Below, in pieces: positions 58,371 to 64,000 of a DNA stretch of 64,000 nucleotides. The stretch lies in NCBI GenBank assembly GCA_963666315.2, contig CAXXHG010000005.1, forward strand, positions 36,287 through 100,286. The letters run 5' to 3'. Numbering within the stretch: the first letter of the stretch is position 1; each line of letters opens with the position of its first letter. The notes under the pieces are model-generated. The model saw nothing but the letters and a program-made list of their open reading frames with translations, had not been told where the DNA came from and did not search any database. The translations under genes and the position numbers were made by a program. The stretch is from Candidatus Binatia bacterium (lineage in GTDB: Bacteria > Desulfobacterota > Binatia > Bin18).

Positions 58371-59378
58371 ATGCAAACCAAACGAATGGGGCGAACGGGC
58401 TTACACGTTTCTGAGATCTGCCTGGGCACGATGACGTTTGGTCGCCAATGTGATGAGGCCCAGAGCTTTGCGATTATGGATGCTGCGGTTGAGGGCGGCA
58501 TCGATTTCTTCGATACCGCAGACGTCTATCCCGCCGGCGGCGGAGTTGAGACAGCCGGACGAACGGAAGAGATTGTCGGCAAATGGTTGAAAGGCCGACG
58601 TGAGAACATCGTCCTGGCCACAAAATGCTGGGGTGCGATGGGGGATCGGCCCAACGACCGGGGATTGTCACGTAAGCATATTTTCTCGGCGGTTGAAGCT
58701 AGCTTGCAGCGCTTACAGACTGACTACATTGACCTCTACCAAGTCCATGCCCCGGACCCGAAAACGCCGATAGAAGAAACCTTGGGCGCGCTGGATGACC
58801 TCGTGCATCAAGGGAAGGTGCGCTATATTGGTTGTTCAAACTTCCAAGCCTGGCGTCTGGCCTTAGCGCTGTGGCAAAGCGACACGCTCGGGCTTGCGCG
58901 CTTCGATTGTGTCCAGCCCCGCTATAATATGTTGTTCCGCGAAATCGAGCACGAGCTGTTCCCGCTGTGTCGCGCGCAAGACATCGGTATGATCCCGTAT
59001 AACCCGCTGGCTGGTGGCTTTCTAACAGGCAAGCATAAAGCGAAAGCAGAACCGGCAGCGGAAACACGTTTTGCCCTTGATGGTCGGGCGGGAGAGATCT
59101 ATCGTCAGCGCTATTGGCAAACGGCGCAATTTGCCGCAGTCGAGCAGCTCAAAGAATTTTTCGCCGCACGCGATAAGCCGCTTACTCAAGTCGCCATCGC
59201 CTGGGTGCTTGCCCGGCCCGAAGTCACCGCACCTCTTGTGGGCGCGACATCGCCTGAACAGCTCAAACAATCACTCCCCGCCGTGGACCTGACCCTCGAC
59301 GCAGAAGAAATGGACGTTTGTAATGATGTCTGGTTCTCTCTGCCACGCTCACGGGATAGAGCGGTGGCGTTGCGCTGA
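58371..59378 (+). CDS. Aldo/keto reductase
   Basis: LGTMTFG, DTADVY, ATK, DLYQ.H, GKVRYIG.SN. Confidence 0.95.
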   Translation: MQTKRMGRTGLHVSEICLGTMTFGRQCDEAQSFAIMDAAVEGGIDFFDTADVYPAGGGVETAGRTEEIVGKWLKGRRENIVLATKCWGAMGDRPNDRGLSRKHIFSAVEASLQRLQTDYIDLYQVHAPDPKTPIEETLGALDDLVHQGKVRYIGCSNFQAWRLALALWQSDTLGLARFDCVQPRYNMLFREIEHELFPLCRAQDIGMIPYNPLAGGFLTGKHKAKAEPAAETRFALDGRAGEIYRQRYWQTAQFAAVEQLKEFFAARDKPLTQVAIAWVLARPEVTAPLVGATSPEQLKQSLPAVDLTLDAEEMDVCNDVWFSLPRSRDRAVALR

Positions 59379-59548
59379 GATTGGAAGTGTTGAAAATCCT
59401 CGCATACTCTTTCGCATTTCACTCCACCAAGGTCTGATCCGTTCTTCGTGGCATAAGGTCCGTCCATTCCATAGCATCTTTTTCTGTTGACCTTTTTTTG
59501 TGCCATGGTGTGACATCTGAGACTTTGGTTATTTGATGTCTTGCTCTT

Positions 59549-59660
59549 TCTCCTCCCCCCTTTACCAAAGGGGAGCCGGGGTGGATTTTCCTTTTCGCGA
59601 GCCGCAGCCTACAGGCAAGCAAGGGTAGCCTGGATGGAACGAAGTGAAATCCGGGAGACC
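59549..59660. repeat. REP-like palindromes upstream of vapBC
   Basis: CCCTTT-ACC-AAAGGG hairpin and GTAGCCTGGAT...ATCCGGG. Confidence 0.5.
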
Positions 59661-59766
59661 GGGCACCGTATCTCCCCCTCCCTCTCCGAACTCACTGAGA
59701 AACTGCTTGATTCGTGCTAGTAAGCAGCCTAGTCTGTGTAGTGACGTAGCTACATAAAAGAGGCGA

Positions 59767-60051
59767 ATGATGAAATCCGTCGGTCTCCGAGAAATTAATC
59801 AGGCTTTTTCTCGCTATATGAAAATCGTCAAGTCTGGGGAAGACGTGCTCATCACTGAGCGTGGACGTCCGATAGCCGTGATTAAACCCCTTACTTCTGA
59901 AACGGATATGGACGCGAAAATCCGTGATTTGGAAGCGGAGGGTCTCTTGTCTCCTCCGCAGAAAAAGGGACAGCCCAAAAACCGTCCGCCTATTTCCCTC
60001 TCAGGGCAAGGCATGACCCAAACCGTTTCTGATATGCGCGCCGAGCGATAA
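59767..60051 (+). CDS. Phd/YefM-family antitoxin
   Basis: VGLRE....FS.....VK.GE.V.IT.RGRPIA.I.P. Confidence 0.9.
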   Translation: MMKSVGLREINQAFSRYMKIVKSGEDVLITERGRPIAVIKPLTSETDMDAKIRDLEAEGLLSPPQKKGQPKNRPPISLSGQGMTQTVSDMRAER

Positions 60052-60057
60052 TCTTTC

Positions 60058-60498
60058 ATGAAGCACTGGGCGTATTTTGACACCAGTGTCATTGTTAAAC
60101 TGTATGCGGAAGAGGCCGGTACCCAAGAGGCCAAGGCCTTGGTTCGGAAATACCGTCTTCTCTCTTCCGTTCTGCTCCCCCTTGAGGTCACCTCTGCCTT
60201 TGCCCGACGGAAGGATGCGGGTGAGCTATCTCCAGGAGATTTTTCAACAGCCTTGGGACATTTTCAGGAAGACCGGCAATTCTTTGAATGGGTCGAGCTG
60301 ACTCAGGCTGTTCGATAGCGGGTGGAGTCGCTCTTACAAGTCCGGACCATACGGATGTTAGATGCCATCCACATCGCTTCGGCTCTCGTCTTCAAAGAGA
60401 GTGCTGAAATTGCTGCGTTGCCCTTTATCACCGGGGATCGGCGACAATTGCTGGCCGCGCAGGCATTCGGGTTAGAAACAACTTGGGTGGGCAAGTAG
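60058..60498 (+). pseudogene. vapC: VapC PIN toxin with in-frame TAG at 60316-60318
   Basis: YFDTS..VKLY..E before the stop; LDAIHIASA and ITGDRRQ after it, in the same frame. Confidence 0.85.
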
Positions 60499-60597
60499 CC
60501 GGACGCCTCTGTCTGCGTCTTATCTCGGTTTCTTCAATAGTGATCGAGGTAATTTTTACGGTGATAGAGGAGCGGATACGAGAGAGGGGACGCGGGA

Positions 60598-60773
60598 CAA
60601 ATCCCCTCTAACCCCGTTTGATAAAGGGCGGGATTGGAAGGGGCCTTTGGGCAAGGGAGAGAGTGAGTCAGGCTGACGACCTGCCCATTTGCAAAACAGT
60701 CATCTGATCTCTGTCTGTAGTTGAAGCAGATCGTCCGGCGTACCGGGCAGTTGGTGCATGGGATGCACCCTAC
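60598..60773. repeat. REP-like palindromes downstream of vapBC
   Basis: CCCGTTT-GAT-AAAGGG imperfect hairpin; GGTGCAT-GGG-ATGCACC-CTAC (GTAG type, reverse). Confidence 0.5.
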
Positions 60774-60785
60774 AGAGCGATAGTT

Positions 60786-63014
60786 TTACATCGCGTCAAT
60801 AATTGCGTTAAAAGTAGCGCTGGGACGCATCTCTTTTGTTGCCTTGACTGGATCGGGCATGTAGTAACCGCCAAGATCAACAGGCTTGCCTTGCGCGGCG
60901 AGCATTTCTCGCGTGATTTTGGCTTCATTCTCTTCGAGTGTTTTGGCGACTCCGGCAAAACGAGCCTGCATAGCTGTATCTTTATTCTGTGCAGCCAGCG
61001 CCTGTGCCCAATACAGGGCGAGATAAAAGGTGCTGCCTCTGTTATCGATCTCGTTTACCTTACGCGAAGGAGACTTTGCATTTTCAAAGTATTTGCTGAC
61101 TGCCTGGTCCAGCGTCTCGGCTAAAATCGCTGCTTTTTCGTTCTTCGTATTTCCGGCAATCATTTCCAGCGAGGGAACGAGGGCACAGTACTCACCCAGG
61201 GAGTCCCAGCGCAGGTGGCCCTCTTTTAGGAACTGTTGCACATGCTTGGGAGCGGAGCCTCCGGCGCCTGTCTCGAACAGTCCGCCACCTTTCATCAACG
61301 GGACGATCGACAGCATCCGCGCGCTGGTGCCCAGTTCGAGAATCGGGAATAAATCAGTTAAGTAGTCCCGTAAAACATTGCCTGTCACGGCAATCGTATC
61401 TTCCCCCCGACGGATCCGTTCCAGAGAAAACCGCATCCCTTCCTGCGGATTCATGATGCGAATATCGAGACCAGTCGTGTCATGCTCCGGCAAATACCGG
61501 TTGACCTTTTTGATGATTTCTGTGTCGTGCCCTCTGCGCTCGTCCAGCCAGAAAATAGCCGGTGATCCGGACGCTTTTGCTCGTGTAACAGCAAGGCGGA
61601 TCCAGTCTCGGATAGGGGCATCCTTGGCCTGGCTCATTCTGAAGATGTCGCCAACTTCTACGGACTGCTCAAGGAGCGTGGAACTGGCAGTATCAACGAC
61701 GCGAATTGTGCCGTTAGTGGGTGCCTCGAAGGTCTTGTCATGCGAGCCGTACTCTTCCGCTTTCTGTGCCATCAGGCCGACGTTGGAGACGCTGCCCATG
61801 GTCGAAGGATAAAATTGGCCGTTCTTTTTCGCGTCTTCAAGAATTTCTTTATATATGGTCGCATAACACCGATCGGGCACCATGGCGATTGTATCTTGTA
61901 GCTGGTCTTCCATATTCCACATCCGCCCGCCGTCACGCACAACGTTGGGCATAGACGCATCGACGATGATATTATTGGGGACGTGCAGGTTGGTGATGCC
62001 CTTTCTTGAGTCGACCACCGCGAGCGCAGGACGATTTTTATACACCGCAGCAATGTCCGCTTCGATCTCGACTTTTTTATCGGCGGGCAACCGGTCGAGT
62101 TTGGCAAGCACATCAGCCAGGCCGTTGTTGACATTCGCCCCGATCTCTTTGAGGGACTCGGCGTGCTTGTCGAGCGCCTCTTGGAAGTACACGGACACGC
62201 AGTGGCCGAACATTATGGGGTCAGAAACTTTCATCATGGTCGCTTTGAGGTGCAAAGACAGCAACACCCCGTCGTTCTCTGCTGCGTCGATCTGCTCAGC
62301 ATAGAATTTGCGCAACGCAGTGACATTCATGACGGACGTATCGATCACTTCGCCTTCGAGAAGAGACAGCTTGTCTTTCAGGATAGTGATAGTGCCATCC
62401 CCAGCAACAAATTCAATTTTGACGTCACAAGGCTTTTGTATGGTAGTGGATTTCTCGCTTTCGAAGAAATCACCGTAGTCCATGTGGACGACACGTGCTT
62501 TCGAGCCCGTCTCCGGCCAGTCCCGCATCATTTTGTGAGGATTCTTTTGAGCAAACTTCTTGACTGAGGCGGCGGCTCTGCGATCCGAGTTGCCTTCCCG
62601 TAGGACAGGATTGACTGCGGAACCAAGCACGACGAAAAATCTTTTTTGTAGCGCTTGCTCCGCATCGTCTTTGGGCTCTTCAGGATAGTCGGGAATATCG
62701 TAGCCCTTCTCTTGAAGCTCTTTGAGGGCGTCTTTCAGCTGGGGAATGGTTGCACTAATATTCGGTAGTTTGACGATATTCGCCCCTGGTGTTTGTGTCA
62801 TGTTTCCCAGTTGCGTCAGACAATCAGAGATTTTTTGCTCCTCGGTCAGGTTGTCGGGGAAGTTTGCGATGATTCTGCCTGCAAGAGAAATATCGCTTAT
62901 TTCAACCTCGATACCGGAACCTTTTGTATAGGCCTCAACGATAGGGAGTAATACAAATGTTGCCAATGCGGGGGCTTCGTCAATCTTTGTCCACGTAATT
63001 TTCGATGTAGTCAT
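60786..63014 (-). CDS. icd: Monomeric NADP-dependent isocitrate dehydrogenase
   Basis: [49 protein letters not shown]. Confidence 0.97.
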   Translation of the reverse strand: MTTSKITWTKIDEAPALATFVLLPIVEAYTKGSGIEVEISDISLAGRIIANFPDNLTEEQKISDCLTQLGNMTQTPGANIVKLPNISATIPQLKDALKELQEKGYDIPDYPEEPKDDAEQALQKRFFVVLGSAVNPVLREGNSDRRAAASVKKFAQKNPHKMMRDWPETGSKARVVHMDYGDFFESEKSTTIQKPCDVKIEFVAGDGTITILKDKLSLLEGEVIDTSVMNVTALRKFYAEQIDAAENDGVLLSLHLKATMMKVSDPIMFGHCVSVYFQEALDKHAESLKEIGANVNNGLADVLAKLDRLPADKKVEIEADIAAVYKNRPALAVVDSRKGITNLHVPNNIIVDASMPNVVRDGGRMWNMEDQLQDTIAMVPDRCYATIYKEILEDAKKNGQFYPSTMGSVSNVGLMAQKAEEYGSHDKTFEAPTNGTIRVVDTASSTLLEQSVEVGDIFRMSQAKDAPIRDWIRLAVTRAKASGSPAIFWLDERRGHDTEIIKKVNRYLPEHDTTGLDIRIMNPQEGMRFSLERIRRGEDTIAVTGNVLRDYLTDLFPILELGTSARMLSIVPLMKGGGLFETGAGGSAPKHVQQFLKEGHLRWDSLGEYCALVPSLEMIAGNTKNEKAAILAETLDQAVSKYFENAKSPSRKVNEIDNRGSTFYLALYWAQALAAQNKDTAMQARFAGVAKTLEENEAKITREMLAAQGKPVDLGGYYMPDPVKATKEMRPSATFNAIIDAM

Positions 63015-63203
63015 GTTCTCATGTTACCTCTCGTATGTATACGTATTCCAAAGCGTAAAACTATACCAAATCTCAGGTCTATCGGAAGGGTGGTCTGCAA
63101 AAACAGGCTGAATTAGGACAAAACTTGCCGGCAGGCGCATTGCAAAGTATGGATGAAGATAGTAGACAATGAGGGCTATTCAGCCCGTAGGAGTAGGACT
63201 CGC

Positions 63204-64000
63204 ATGAAATGGACACTCAGTCTTTGGTCTTTGGTGTTTGTGTTGAGCCTCTCCTCAGCTTGCAAGGAAGCAGTTGAGGAGGTGCCGCTTAGCACGAATA
63301 TTGTTGCTATCACTGATAAATTTTACGATGTAGAGGCATTTTCGGCAGACAAGGCGCTCGTGGTCGGTTATGCCGGGAAAATTATTCTCACCACTGACGG
63401 TGGGCAAAGCTGGCAGGCCAAAGACAGCGGCACGGATGCCGCCCTCTATAGCATTGCCTTCCCCGATGAACATAACGGTTGGATCAGCGGTCAGGATGGC
63501 ATCCTCCTCCATTCCAAGGACGGAGGCGAAACCTGGCAGAAGCAGGATAGCCAGATCGGTTATCCGATATTTGCCCTGTCTTTCATAGATGCAACCCGTG
63601 GTTGGGCTGCGGCCGATCGTGCGACGTATCTCAAAACGACAAATGGCGGAGAGACCTGGGAGTCGGGCTATATCCAGGCTTCTCTTGAAGGGGTGGGGGC
63701 GGACGCGACCTTAGCTCTGGCTGATCCCGTCTTTTATGATATCCAGTTTCTTGACGCCAACACCGGCTGGATTGTTGGTGAGTTCGGTAAGATCTACCAT
63801 ACCACCGATGGCGGCCAGAACTGGGCTGAGCAGCAAAATAGCTTGCTTGGGCAGGCCGGATTTACCGATGCGCTCAACCTGCCTACTCTTTTCGGTGTTG
63901 CCTTTACGGATGCGAGACACGGGGTTGCCGTTGGCCTCGAAGGAAAAATTGTTACAACAACAGACGGTGGTCAGCAGTGGAATTTTGTCGGTCAAGGTGA
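63204..64000 (+). CDS. YCF48/BNR-repeat lipoprotein (partial; apparent 1-nt deletion near 63380)
   Basis: Lipobox LSSAC; TTDGGQSW, SKDGGETW, TTNGGETW, TTDGGQNW blades. Confidence 0.85.
   Translation, partial: MKWTLSLWSLVFVLSLSSACKEAVEEVPLSTNIVAITDKFYDVEAFSADKALVVGYAGKIILTTDGGQSWQAKDSGTDAALYSIAFPDEHNGWISGQDGILLHSKDGGETWQKQDSQIGYPIFALSFIDATRGWAAADRATYLKTTNGGETWESGYIQASLEGVGADATLALADPVFYDIQFLDANTGWIVGEFGKIYHTTDGGQNWAEQQNSLLGQAGFTDALNLPTLFGVAFTDARHGVAVGLEGKIVTTTDGGQQWNFVGQG

Noticed and set aside
60316-60318. Pyrrolysine readthrough in VapC
   Set aside because: No pyl genes are visible and the position is not catalytic; a nonsense mutation or base error is simpler.

Overview
Bacterial chromosomal window; the gene repertoire suggests a Binatota/deltaproteobacterial-type organism, which is an inference. 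The backbone (1-7.3 kb and 49.1-64 kb) holds a sulfite/nitrite reductase start, a CymR-like Rrf2 regulator, a probable selenocysteine GST with a SECIS-like hairpin, tadA, tRNA-Ser, ccdA-TlpA, OsmC, a YdbH/YdbL-like locus, a broken vapBC and monomeric icd. Between these lies a ~41.8-kb segment bounded by two apparently identical direct-repeat IS5-family elements, inserted in codon 8 of an AbiEii-type toxin gene whose two halves rejoin in frame. The cargo includes a DUF1302/DUF1329/YCF48/MMPL envelope module, a heme-motif Vgb-like propeller protein and many CoA/flavin/TPP enzymes. It also carries more than a dozen gene scraps, an attP-like site built on a 5' half tRNA-Met, a MITE, a perfect 46-bp palindrome and an orphan structured-RNA candidate. 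Several single-base frameshifts look like long-read indel errors. All family calls come from motif recognition by eye, not database searches.
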